A program made the translations under genes and the position numbers. Shown here in pieces: positions 37,301-49,700 of a DNA stretch of 64,000 nt; within the stretch, counting starts at the first letter, position 1, and each line of letters opens with the position of its first letter. The DNA lies in NCBI GenBank assembly GCA_964016885.1, contig OZ024743.1, positions 141,360,001 through 141,424,000 on the forward strand. Direction: 5' to 3'. This DNA is from Eledone cirrhosa. Its lineage: Eukaryota. The notes below the pieces were generated by a model, which had not been told where the DNA came from, did not search any database, and saw only the letters and a program-made list of their open reading frames with translations.

Positions 37301-40300
37301 GTGTTTGGTGCTTGGTGTTTGGAGTTCGGTGCTTGGTGCTTGGTGCCTGGTGTTTCGTGCTTGGTGCTTGGTGCTTGGTGTTTGGTGTTTGGTGCTTGGT
37401 GTTTGGTGTTTGGTACTTGGTGCTTGGTGCTTGGTGCTTGGTGTTTGGTGCTTGGTGTTTGATGCTGCGTGCTTGGTGTTTGGTGTTTGGTGCTTGGTGC
37501 TTGGTGTTTGGTGTTTGGAGCTTGGTGCCTGGTGCTTGTTGTTTGGTGTTTGGCGCTTGGTGCTTGGTGTTTGGTGTTTGGTGCATGGTGCTTGGTGCTT
37601 GGTATCTGGTGTTTGGTGCTTGATGTTTGGTGTTTGGTGCTTGGTGTTTGGTGTTTGGTGCTTGGTGCTTGGTGTTTGGTGCTTGGTGTTTGGTGTTTGG
37701 TGTTTGATGCTTGGTGTTTGCTGCTTGGTGCTTGGTGCTTGGTGTTTTGTGTTTGGTGTTTGATGCTGCGTGCTTGGTGTTTGGTGTTTGGTGCGTGGTG
37801 CTTGGTGTTTGGTGTTTGGAGCTTGGTGCCTGGTGCTTGATGTTTGGTGTTTGGTGCTTGGTGTTTGGTGTTTGGTGCTTGGTGCTTGGTGTTTGGTGCT
37901 TGGTGTTTGGTGTTTGGTGATTGATGCTTGGTGTTTGCTGCTTGCTGCTTGCTGCTTGGTGTTTGGTGCTAGGGGCTTGGTGCTTGGTGCTTGGTGTCTG
38001 GTGCTTGGTGCTTGGTGCCTGGTGCTTGGTGCTTGGTGCTTGTTGTTTGGTGCTTGGTGCTTGGTGATTAGTGTTTGGTGCTTGGTGCTTGCGGTTTGGT
38101 GTTTGGTGCTTGGGGTTTGGCGTTTGGTGCTTGGTGCTTGGTGTTTGGTGCTTGGTGCTTGGTGCTTGGTGTTTGGTGCTTGGTGTTTGGTGCTTGGTGC
38201 TTGGTGTTTGGTGTTTGGCGTTTGCTGTTTGCTGTTTGGTGTTTGGTGTTTGCTGTTTGGTGTTTGCTGTTTGGTTTTTGGTGTTTGGTGCTTGCTGTTT
38301 GGTGCTTGGTGCTTGGTGTTTGGTGTTCGGTGCTTGGTGCTTGGTGCTTGGTGTTTGGTGCTTGGTGCTTGGTGCTGGGTGTTTGGTGCTTGGTGCTTGG
38401 TGTTTGGTGCTTGGTGCTTGGTGCTTGGTGTTTGGTGCTTGGTGCATGGTGCTTGGTCTTTGGTGCTTGGTTTGTGGTGTTTGGTGCTTGGTGCTTGGTG
38501 TTTGGTGCTTGGTTCTTGGTGCTTGGTGCTTGGTGATTGGTGATTGCTGCTTGGTGCTTGGTGTTTGGTGCTTGGTGCTTGGTGATTAGTGTTTGGTGAT
38601 TGGTGCTTGGGGTTTGCTGTTTGGTGCTTGGTGTTTGGTGCTTGGTGCTTGCTGTTTGGTGTTTGGTGTTTGGTTCTTGGTGCTTGGTGTTTGGTGTTTG
38701 GTGTTTGGTGCTTGGTGCTTGGTGCTTGGTGTTTGGTGCTTGTTGCTTGGTGCTTGGTGTTTGGTGCTGCGTGCTTGGTGTTTGGTGTTTGGTGCTTGGT
38801 GCCTGGTGCTTGTTGTTTGGTGCTTAGTGCTTGGTGTTTGGTGTTTGGTGCTTGGTGCTTGGTGGCTGGTGCTTGGTGCTTGGTGTTTGGAGTTTGGTGC
38901 TTGGTGCTCGGTGCCTGGTGTTTCGTGCTTGGTGCTTGGTGCTTGGTGTTTGGTGTTTGGTGCTTGGTGTTTGGTGTTTGGTACTTGGTGCTTGGTGCTT
39001 GGTGTTTGGTGCTTGGTGTTTGATGCTGCGTGCTTGGCGTTTGGTGTTTGGTGCTTGGTGCTTGGTGTTTGGTGTTTGGAGCTTGGTGCCTGCTGCTTGT
39101 TGTTTGGTGTTTGGTGCTTGGTGCTTGGTGCTTGGTATCTGGTGTTTGGTGCTTGATGTTTGGTGTTTGGTGCTTGGTGCTTGGTGCTTGGTGTTTGGTG
39201 TTTGGTGCTTGGTGCTTGGTGTTTGGTGCTTGGTGTTTGGTGTTTGGTGTTTGATGCTTGGTGTTTGCTGCTTGGTGCTTGGTGCTTGGTGTTTTGTGTT
39301 TGGTGCTTGGTGCTTGTTGTTTGGTGCTTGGTGCTTGGTGATTAGTGTTTGGTGCTTGGTGCTTGCGGTTTGATGTTTGGTGCTTGGGGTTTGGTGTTTG
39401 GTGCTTGGTGCTTGGTGTTTGGTGCTTGGTGCTTGGTGCTTGGTGTTTGGTGCTTGGTGCTTGGTGTCTGGTGCTTGGTGCTTGGTGTTTGGTGCTTGGT
39501 GTTTGGTGTTTGGTGCTTGGTGCTTGGTGCTTGGTGTTAGGTGTTTGGTGCTTGGTGCTTGGTGTTTGATGTTTGGTCCTTGGTGCTTGGTGTTTGGTGT
39601 TTGGTGCTTGCTGCTTGCTGTTTGGTGTTTGGTGCTTGGTAATTGGTGCTTGGTGTTTGTGCTTGGTGCTTGGTGTTTGGTGTTTGGTGCTAGGGGCTTG
39701 GTGCTTGGTGCTTGGTGTTTGGTGCTTGGTGCTTGCTGTTTGGTGCTTGGTGTTTGGTGATTGGTGTTTGGGGCTTGGTGTTCGGTGCTTGGTGCTTGGT
39801 GCTTGGGGCTTGGTGTTTGGTGTTTGGTGCTTGGTGCTTGGTGTTTGATGTTGGGTCCTTGGTGCTTGGTGTTTGGTGTTTGGTGTTTGGTGTTTGGTGT
39901 TTGGTGCTTGGTGCTTGGTGTTTGGTGTTTGGTGCTTGGTGCTTGGGGCTTGGTGTTTGGTGCTTGGTGCTTGGTGTTTGGTGCTTCTGCTTGGGGCTTG
40001 GTAGTTGGTGCTTGGTGCTTGGTGCCTGGTGTTTGGTGTTTCGTGTTTGGTGCTTGGTGTATGGTGCTTGGTGCTTGGTGCTGGGTGGTTGGTGTTTGGT
40101 GCTTGGTGCTTGGTGTTTGGTGCTTGGTGCTTGGTGCTTGTTGTTTGGTGCTTGGTGCTTGGTGCTTGGTCTTTGGTGCATGGTGTTTGGTGTTTGGCGC
40201 TTGGTGCTTGGTGCTTCGTGATTGGTGCTTGGTGCTTGGTGTTTGGTGCTTGGTGCTTGGTGATTAGTGTTTGTTGCTTGGTGCTTGGGGTTTGGTGGTT

Positions 40301-43300
40301 GGTGCTTGGTGCTTGGTGTTTGGTGTTTGGTGTTTGGTGTTTGGTGTTTGTGGAATGGTGTTTGGTTTTTCGTATTTGGTTTTTGCTGTTTGGTGTTTGG
40401 TGTTTGCTGTTTGGTGTTTGGTGTTTGGTGTTTGGTGCTTGGTGCTTGGTGCTTGGTGTTTGGCGTTTGGTGCTTGGTGCTTGGTGTTTGGTGCTTTGTG
40501 CTTGGTGTTTGGTGTTTGGTGCTTGGTGCCTGGTGCTTGTTGTATGGTGTTTGGTGCTTGGTGCTTGGTGTTTGGTGTTTGCTGCTTGGTGTCTGGTGTT
40601 TGGTGCTTGGTGTTTGGTGTTTGGTGCTTGGTGCTTGGTGCTTGGTGTTTGGTGTTTGGTGCTTGGTATTTGGTGTTTGGTGTTTGATGCTTGGTGTGTG
40701 GTGCTTGGTGCTTGGTGTTTTGTGTTTGGTGCTTGGTGCTTGGTGACTGGTGCTTGGTGCTTGGTGCTTGTTGTTTGGTGCTTGGTTCTTGGTGATTAGT
40801 GTTTGGTGCTTGGTGCTTGGTGTTTGGTGCTTGGTGTTTGGTGCTTGGTGCCTGGTGCTTGGTGTTTGGTGTTTGATGCTTGGTGTTTGGTGTTTGGTGT
40901 TTGGTGCTTGGTATTTGGTGTTTGGTGTTTGATGCTTGGTGTGTGGTGCTTGGTGCTTGGTGTTTTGTGTTTGGTGCTTGGTGCTTGGTGACTGGTGCTT
41001 GGTGCTTGGTGCTTGTTGTTTGGTGCTTGGTTCTTGGTGATTAGTGTTTGGTGCTTGGTGCTTGGTGTTTGGTGCTTGGTGTTTGGTGCTTGGTGCCTGG
41101 TGCTTGGTGTTTGGTGTTTGATGCTTGGTGTTTGGTGTTTGGTGTTTGGTACTTGGTGTTCGGTGCTTGGTGCTTGGTGCTTGGTGCTTGGTGTTTGGTG
41201 TTTGGTGCTTGGTGCTTGGTGTTTGATGTTTGGTCCTTGGTGCTTGGTGTTTGGTGTTGTGTGCTTGGTGCTTGGTGGTTGGTGTTTGGTGCTTGGTGCT
41301 TGGTGCTTGGTGTTTGGTGCTTGGTGTTTGATGCTGCGTGCTTGGTGTTTGGTGTTTGGTGCTTGGTGCTTGGTGTTTGGTGTTTGGAGCTTGGTGCCTG
41401 GTGCTTGTTGTTTGGTGTTTGGTGCTTGGTGCTTGGTGTTTGGTGTTTGGTGCTTGGTGTTTGGCACTTGGTGCTTGGTGTTTGGTGTTTGGTGCTTGGG
41501 GTTTGGTGTTTGGTGCTTGGGGTTTGGTGTTTGGTGCTTGGTGCATGGTGTTTGGTGCTTGGTGCTTGGTGTTTGGTGCTTGGTGCTTTGTGTTTGGTGC
41601 TTGGTGTTTGGTGCTTGGTGCTTGGTGCTTGGTGCTTGGTGTTAGGTGTTTGGTGCTTGGTGATTGGTGTTTGATGTTAGGTTCTTGGTGCTTGGTGTTT
41701 GGTGTTTGGTGCTTGGTGCTTGGTGTTTGGTGTTTGGTGCTTGCTGCTTGGTGCTTGGTGTTTGGTGCTTGGTGCTTGGTGTTTGGTGTTTGGTGCCTGG
41801 TGCTTGGTGTTTGGTGCTTGGTGTTTGGTGTTTGGTGATTGGTGCTTGGTGCTTGGTGTTTGGTGCTTGGTGCATGGTGCTTGGTGCTTGGTGTTAGGCG
41901 TTTGGTGCTTGGTGCTTGGTGTTTGATGTTTGGTCCTTGGTGCTTGGTGTTTGGTATTTGGTGCTTGGTGCTTGGTGTTTGGTGTTTGGTGCTTGCTGCT
42001 TGCTGCTTGGTGTTTGGTGCTAGGGGCTTGGTGCTTGGTGTTTGATGTTTGGTCCTTGGTGCTTGGTGTTTGGTATTTGGTGCTTGGTGCTTGGTGTTTG
42101 GTGTTTGGTGCTTGCTGCTTGCTGCTTGGTGTTTGGTGCTAGGGGCTTGGTGTTTGGTGCTTGGTGTTTGGTGCTTGGTGTTTGGTGCTTGGTGCCTGGT
42201 GATTGGTGTTTGGTGTTTGGTGCTTGGTGTTTGGTGCTTGGTGTTTTGTACTTGGTGTTCGGTGCTTGGTGCTTGGTGCTTGGTGTTTGGTGTTTGGTGC
42301 TTGGTGCTTGGTGCTTGGTGTTTGATGTTTGGTCCTTGGTGCTTGGTGTTTGGTGTTGTGTGCTTGGTGCTTGGTGCTTGGTGTTTGGTGCTTGGTGCTT
42401 GGTGCTTGGTGTTTGGCGTTTGCTGTTTGCTGTTTGGTGTTTGGTGTTTGCTGTTTGGTGTTTGCTGTTTGGTGTTTGGTGTTTGGTGCTTGCTGTTTGG
42501 TGCTTGGTGCTTGGTGTTTGGTGTTTGGTGCTTAGTGTTTGGTGCTTGGTGCTTGGTGCTGGGTGTTTGGTGCTTGGTGCTTGGTGTTTGGTGCTTGGTG
42601 CTTGGTGCTTGGTGTTTGGTCCTTGGTGCTTGGTGCTTGGTGTTTGGTGCTTGGGTTTTGGTGTTTGGTGCTTGGTGCTTGGTGTTTGGTGCTTGGTGCT
42701 TGGTGCTTGGTGCTTGGTGTTTGGTGCTTGCTGCTTGGTGCTTGGTGTTTGGTGCTTGGTGCTTGGTGATTAGTGTTTGGTGATTGGTGCTTGGGGTTTG
42801 GTGTTTGGGGCTTGGTGTTTGGTGCTTGGTGCTTTCTGTTTGGTGTTTGGTGTTTGGTTCTTGGTGCTTGGTGTTTGGTGTTTGGTGTTTGGTGCTTGGT
42901 GCTTGGTGCTTGGTGTTTGGTGCTTGGTGCTTGGTGCTTGGTGTTTGGTGCTGCGGGCTTGGTGTTTGGTGTTTGGTGCTTGGTGCCTGGTGCTTGTTGT
43001 TTGGTGTTTGGTGCTTAGTGCTTGGTGTTTGGTGTTTGGTGCTTGGTGCTTGGTGGCTGGTGTTTGGTGCTTGGTGTTTGGAGTTCGGTGCTTGGTGCTT
43101 GGTGCCTGGTGTTTCGTGCTTGGTGCTTGGTGCTTGGTGTTTGGTGTTTGGTGCTTGGTGTTTGGTGTTTGGTACTTGGTGCTTGGTGCTTGGTGCTTGG
43201 TGTTTGGTGCTTGGTGTTTGATGCTGCGTGCTTGGTGTTTGGTGTTTGGTGCTTGGTGCTTGGTGTTTGGTGTTTGGAGCTTGGTGCCTGGTGCTTGTTG

Positions 43301-46050
43301 TTTGGTGTTTTGCGCTTGGTGCTTGGTGTTTGGTGTTTGGTGCATGGTGCTTGGTGCTTGGTATCTGGTGTTTGCTGCTTGATGTTTGGTGTTTGGTGCT
43401 TGGTGTTTGGTGTTTGGTGCTTGGTGCTTGGTGTTTGGTGCTTGGTGTTTGGTGTTTGGTGTTTGATGCTTGGTGTTTGCTGCTTGGTGCTTGGTGCTTG
43501 GTGTTTTGTGTTTGGTGTTTGATGCTGCGTGCTTGGTGTTTGGTGTTTGGTGCGTGGTGCTTGGTGTTTGGTGTTTGGAGCTTGGTGCCTGGTGCTTGTT
43601 GTTTGGTGTTTGGCGCTTGGTGCTTGGTGTTTGGTGTTTGGTGCTTTGTGCTTGGTGCTTGGTATCTGGTGTTTGTTGCTTGATGTTTGGTGTTTGGTGC
43701 CTGGTGTTTGGTGTTTGGTGCTTGGTGCTTGGTGTTTGGTGCTTGGTGTTTGGTGTTTGGTGATTGATGCTTGGTGTTTGCTGCTTGCTGCTTGCTGCTT
43801 GGTGTTTGGTGCTAGGGGCTTGGTGCTTGGTGCTTGGTGTTTGGTGCTTGGTGCTTGGTGCCTGGTGCTTGGTGCTTGGTGCTTGTTGTTTGGTGCTTGG
43901 TGCTTGGTGATTAGTGTTTGGTGCTTGGTGCTTGCGGTTTGGTGTTTGGTGCTTGGGGTTTGGTGTTTGGTGCTTGGTGCTTGGTGTTTGGTGCTTGGTG
44001 CTTGGTGCTTGGTGTTTGGTGCTTGGTGTTTGGTGCTTGGTGCTTGGTGTTTGGTGTTTGGCGTTTGCTGTTTGCTGTTTGGTGTTTGGTGTTTGCTGTT
44101 TGGTGTTTGCTGTTTGGTTTTTGGTGTTTGGTGCTTGCTGTTTGGTGCTTGGTGCTTGGTGTTTGGTGTTCGGTGCTTGGTGCTTGGTGCTTGGTGTTTG
44201 GTGCTTGGTGCTGGGTGTTTGGTGCTTGGTGCTTGGTGTTTGGTGCTTGGTGCTTGGTGCTTGGTGTTTGGTCCTTGGTGCATGGTGCTTGGTCTTTGGT
44301 GCTTGGGTTGTGGTGTTTGGTGCTTGGTGCTTGGTGTTTGGTGCTTGGTTCTTGGTGCTTGGTGCTTGGTGTTTGGTGATTGCTGCTTGGTGCTTGGTGT
44401 TTGGTGCTTGGTGCTTGGTGATTAGTGTTTGGTGATTGGTGCTTGGGGTTTGCTGTTTGGTGCTTGGTGTTTGGTGCTTGGTGCTTGCTGTTTGGTGTTT
44501 GGTGCTTGGTTCTTGGTGCTTGGTGTTTGGTGTTTGGTGTTTGGTGCTTGGTGCTTGGTGCTTGGTGTTTGGTGCTTGGTGCCTGGTGCTTGTTGTTTGG
44601 TGCTTAGTGCTTGGTGTTTGGTGTTTGGTGCTTGGTGCTTGGTGGCTGGTGCTTGGTGCTTGGTGTTTGGAGTTTGGTGCTTGGTGCTCGGTGCCTGGTG
44701 TTTCGTGCTTGGTGCTTGGTGCTTGGTGTTTGGTGTTTGGTGCTTGGTGTTTGGTGTTTGGTACTTGGTGCTTGGTGCCTGGTGTTTGGTGCTTGGTGTT
44801 TGATGCTGTGTGCTTGGTGTTTGGTGTTTGGTGCTTGGTGCTTGGTGTTTGGTGTTTGGAGCTTGGTGCCTGCTGCTTGTTGTTTGGTGTTTGGTGCTTG
44901 GTGCTTGGTGCTTGGTATCTGGTGTTTGGTGCTTGATGTTTGGTGTTTGGTGCTTGGTGCTTGGTGCTTGGTGTTTGGTGTTTGGTGCTTGGTGCTTGGT
45001 GTTTGGTGCTTGGTGTTTGGTGTTTGGTGTTTGATGCTTGGTGTTTGCTGCTTGGTGCTTGGTGCTTGGTGTTTTGTGTTTGGTGTTTGGTGCTTGTTGT
45101 TTGGTGCTTGGTGCTTGGTGATTAGTGTTTGGTGCTTGGTGCTTGCGGTTTGATGTTTGGTGCTTGGGGTTTGGTGTTTGGTGCTTGGTGCTTGGTGTTT
45201 GGTGCTTGGTGCTTGGTGCTTGGTGTTTGGTGCTTGGTGCTTGGTGTCTGGTGCTTGGTGCTTGGTGTTTGGTGCTTGGTGTTTGGTGTTTGGTGCTTGG
45301 TGCTTGGTGCTTGGTGTTAGGTGTTTGGTGCTTGGTGCTTGGTGTTTGATGTTTGGTCCTTGGTGCATGGTGTTTGGTGTTTGTTGCTTGGTGCTTGGTG
45401 TTTGGTGTTTGGTGCTTGCTGCTTGCTGCTTGGTGTTTGGTGCTTGGTGATTGGTGCTTGGTGTTTTGTGCTTGGTGCTTGGTGTTTGGTGTTTGGTGCT
45501 AGGGGCTTGGTGCTTGGTGCTTGGTGTTTGGTGCTTGGTGCTTGCTGTTTGGTGCTTGGTGTTTGGTGCTTGGTGTTTGGGGCTTGGTGTTCGGTGCTTG
45601 GTGCTTGGTGCTTGGGGCGTGGTGTTTGGTGTTTGGTGCTTGGTGCTTGGTGTTTGATGTTGGGTCCTTGGTGCTTGGTGTTTGGTGTTTGGTGTTTGGT
45701 GTTTGGTGTTTGGTGCTTGGTGCTTGGTGTTTGGTGTTTGGTGCTTGGTGCTTGGGGCTTGGTGTTTGGTGCTTGGTGCTTGGTGTTTGGTGCTTCTGCT
45801 TGGGGCTTGGTAGTTGGTGCTTGGTGCTTGGTGCCTGGTGTTTGGTGTTTCGTGTTTGGTGCTTGGTGTATGGTGCTTGGTGCTTGGTGCTGGGTGGTTG
45901 GTGTTTGGTGCTTGGTGCTTGGTGTTTGGTGCTTGGTGCTTGGTGCTTGTTGTTTGGTGCTTGGTGCTTGGTGCTTCGTGATTGGTGCTTGGTGCTTGGT
46001 GTTTGGTGCTTGGTGCTTGGTGATTAGTGTTTGTTGCTTGGTGCTTGGTG
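35700..46050 (+). repeat. Higher-order repeat, period ~5.76-5.84 kb
   Basis: 36276/42042 = 5766, 37014/42773 = 5759, 38071/43914 = 5843, 38589/44425 = 5836, 39345/45125 = 5780, 40267/46027 = 5760. Shared rare variants are GCTGCGGGC (37191/42950), GGAGTTCGG (37321/43080) and GCTCGG (~38906/~44686). Confidence 0.88.
40575..41140 (+). repeat. Small tandem duplication, 245 bp (35 heptamers)
   Basis: GGTGACTGG at ~40742/~40987, GGTGTGTGG at ~40693/~40938, ORF starts 40750/40995 and 40803/41048. Confidence 0.85.
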
Positions 46051-46755
46051 TTTGATGTTTGGTCCTTGGTGCTTGGTGTTTGGTGTTTGTTGCTTGGTGC
46101 TTGGTGTTTGGTGTTTGGTGCTTGCTGCTTGCTGCTTGGTGTTTGGTGCTTGGTGATTGGTGCTTGGTGTTTTGTGCTTGGTGCTTGGTGTTTGGTGTTT
46201 GGTGCTAGGGGCTTGGTGCTTGGTGCTTGGTGTTTGGTGCTTGGTGCTTGCTGTTTGGTGCTTGGTGTTTGGTGCTTGGTGTTTGGGGCTTGGTGTTCGG
46301 TGCTTGGTGCTTGGTGCTTGGGGCTTGGTGTTTGGTGTTTGGTGCTTGGTGCTTGGTGTTTGATGTTGGGTCCTTGGTGCTTGGTGTTTGGTGTTTGGTG
46401 TTTGGTGTTTGGTGTTTGGTGCTTGGTGCTTGGTGTTTGGTGTTTGGTGCTTGGTGCTTGGGGCTTGGTGTTTGGTGCTTGGTGCTTGGTGTTTGGTGCT
46501 TCTGCTTGGGGCTTGGTAGTTGGTGCTTGGTGCTTGGTGCCTGGTGTTTGGTGTTTCGTGTTTGGTGCTTGGTGTATGGGGCTTGGTGCTTGGTGCTGGG
46601 TGGTTGGTGTTTGGTGCTTGGTGCTTGGTGTTTGGTGCTTGGTGCTTGGTGCTTGTTGTTTGGTGCTTGGTGCTTGGTGCTTCGTGATTGGTGCTTGGTG
46701 CTTGGTGTTTGGTGCTTGGTGCTTGGTGATTAGTGTTTGTTGCTTGGTGCTTGGG
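45335..46755 (+). repeat. Tandem duplication, 706 bp (101x7-1)
   Basis: 45451/46157, 45521/46227 and 46027/46733 = 706. Each copy has one 6-bp unit TTCTGC followed two units later by TTGGTAG. Confidence 0.9.
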
Positions 46756-49700
46756 GTTTGGTGGTTGGTGCTTGGTGCTTGGTGTTTGGTGTTTGGTGTT
46801 TGGTGTTTGGTGTTTGCTGTATGGTGTTTGCTGTTTCGTATTTGGTTTTTGCTGTTTGGTGTTTGGTGTTTGCTGTTTGGTGTTTGGTGTTTGGTGTTTG
46901 GTGCTTGGTGCTTGGTGCTTGGTGTTTGGCGTTTGGTGCTTGGTGCTTGGTGTTTGGTGCTTCGTGCTTGGTGTTTGGTGTTTGGTGCTTGGTGGCTGGT
47001 GCTTGTTGTATGGTGCTTGGTGCTTGGTGATTAGTGTTTGGTGCTTGGTGCTTGGTGTTTGGTGCTTGGTGTTTGGTGCTTGGTGCCTGGTGCTTGGTGT
47101 TTGGTGTTTGATGCTTGGTGTTTGGTGTTTGGTGTTTGGTACTTGGTGTTCGGTGCTTGGTGCTTGGTGCTTGGTGCTTGGTGTTTGGTGTTTGGTGCTT
47201 GGTGCTTGGTGTTTGATGTTTGGTCCTTGGTGCTTGGTGTTTGGTGTTGTGTGCTTGGTGCTTGGTGGTTGGTGTTTGGTGCTTGGTGCTTGGTGCTTGG
47301 TGTTTGGTGCTTGGTGTTTGATGGTGCGTCCTTGGTGTTTGGTGTTTGGTGCTTGGTGCTTGGTGTTTGGTGTTTGGAGCTTGGTGCCTGGTGCTTGTTG
47401 TTTGGTGTTTGGCGCTTGGTGCTTGGTGTTTGGTGTTTGGTGCTTGGTGCTTGGTGCTTGGTATCTGGTGTTTGGTGCTTGATGTTTGGTGTTTGGTGCT
47501 TGGTGTTTGGTGTTTGGTGCTTGGTGCTTGGTGTTTGGTGCTTGGTGTTTGGTGTTTGGTGTTTGATGCTTGGTGTTTGCTGCTTGGTGCTTGGTGCTTG
47601 GTGTTTTGTGTTTGGTGTTTGATGCTGCGTGCTCGGTGTTTGGTGTTTGGTGCTTGGTGCTTGGTGTTTGGTGTTTGGAGCTTGGTGCCTGGTGCTTGTT
47701 GTTTGGTGTTTGGCGCTTGGTGCTTGGTGTTTGGTGTTTGGTGCTTGGTGCTTGGTGCTTGGTATCTGGTGTTAGGTGCTTGATGTTTGGTGTTTGGTGC
47801 TTGGTGTTTGGTGTTTGGTGCATGGTGCTTGGTGTTTGGTGCTTGGTGTTTGGTGTTTGGTGTTTGATGCTTGGTGTTTGCTGCTGGCTGCTTGCAGCTT
47901 GGTGTTTGGTGCTAGGGGCTTGGTGCTTGGTGCTTGGTGTTTGGTGCTTGGTGCTTGGTGCCTGGTGCTTGGTGCTTGGTGCTTGTTGTTTGGTGCTTGG
48001 TGCTTGGTGATTAGTGTTTGGTGCTTGGTGCTTGCGGTTTGGTGTTTGGTGCTTGGGGTTTGGTGTTTGGTGCTTGGTGCTTGGTGTTTGGTGCTTGGTG
48101 CTTGGTGCTTGGTGTTTGGTGCTTGGTGCTTGGTGTTTGGTGCTTGGTGCTTGGTGTTTGGTGTTTGATGCTTGGTGTTTGCTGCTGGCTGCTTGCTGCT
48201 TGGTGTTTGGTGCTAGGGGCTTGGTGCTTGGTGCTTGGTGTTTGGTGCTTGGTGCTTGGTGCCTGGTGCTTGGTGCTTGGTGCTTGTTGTTTGGTGCTTG
48301 GTGCTTGGTGATTAGTGTTTGGTGCTTGGTGCTTGCGGTTTGGTGTTTGGTGCTTGGGGTTTGGTGTTTGGTGCTTGGTGCTTGTTGTTTGGTGCTTGGT
48401 GCTTGGTGCTTGGTGTTTGGTGCTTGGTGCTTGGTGTTTGGTGCTTGGTGCTTGGTGTTTGGTGTTTGGCGTTTGCTGTTTGCTGTTTGGTGTTTGGTGT
48501 TTGCTGTTTGGTGCTTGGTGCTTGGTGTTTGGTGTTTGGTGTTTGGTACTTGGTGCTTGGTGTTTGGTGCTTGGTGCTTGGTGCTGGGTGTTTGGTGCTT
48601 GGTGCTTGGTGTTTGGTGCTTGGTGCTTGGTGCTTGGTGTTTGGTCCTTGGTGCTTGGTGCTTGGTCTTTGGTGCTTGTGTTTTGGTGTTTGGTGCTTGG
48701 TGCTTGGTGTTTGGTGCTTGGTTCTTGGTGCTTGGTGCTTGGTGTTTGTTGATTGCTGCTTGGTGCTTGGTGTTTGGTGCTTGGTGCTTGGTGACTAGTG
48801 TTTGGTGATTGGTGCTTGGGGTTTGCTGTTTGGTGCTTGGTGTTTGGTGCTTGGTGCTTGCTGTTTGGTGTTTGGTGTTTGGTACTTGGTGCTTGGTGTT
48901 TGGTGTTTGGTGTTTGGTGCTTGGTGCTTGGTGTTTGGTGCTTGGTGCTTGGTGCTTGGTGTTTGGTGCTGCGTGCTTGGTGTTTGGTGTTTGGTGCTTG
49001 GTGCCTGGTGCTTGTTGTTTGGTGCTTAGTGCTTGGTGTTTGGTGTTTGGTGCTTGGTGCTTGGTGGCTGGTGCTTGGTGCTTGGTGTTTGGAGTTTGGT
49101 GCTTGGTGCTTGGTGCCTGGTGTTTCGTGCTTGGTGCTTGGTGTTTGGTGTTTGGTGCTTGGTGTTTGGTGTTTGGTACTTGGTGCTTGGTGCTTGGTGC
49201 TTGGTGTTTGGTGCTTGGTGCTTGGTGCTTGGGGCTTGGTGTTTGGTGTTTGGTGCTTGGTGCTTGGTGTTTGATGTTGGGTCCTTGGTGCTTGGTGTTT
49301 GGTGTTTGGTGTTTGGTGTTTGGTGTTTGGTGCTTGGTGCTTGGTGTTTGGTGTTTGGTGCTTGGTGCTTGGGGCTTGGTGTTTGGTGCTTGGTGCTTGG
49401 TGTTTGGTGCTTGGTGCTTGGTGCTTGTTGTTTGGTGCTTGGTGCTTGGTGCTTCGTGATTGGTGCTTGGTGCTTGGTGTTTGGTGCTTGGTGCTTGGTG
49501 ATTAGTGTTTGTTGCTTGGTGCTTGGGGTTTGGTGGTTGGTGCTTGGTGCTTGGTGTTTGGTGTTTGGTGTTTGGTGTTTGGTGTTTGCTGTATGGTGTT
49601 TGCTGTTTCGTATTTGGTTTTTGCTGTTTGGTGTTTGGTGTTTGCTGTTTGGTGTTTGGTGTTTGGTGTTTGGTGCTTGGTGCTTGGTGCTTGGTGTTTG

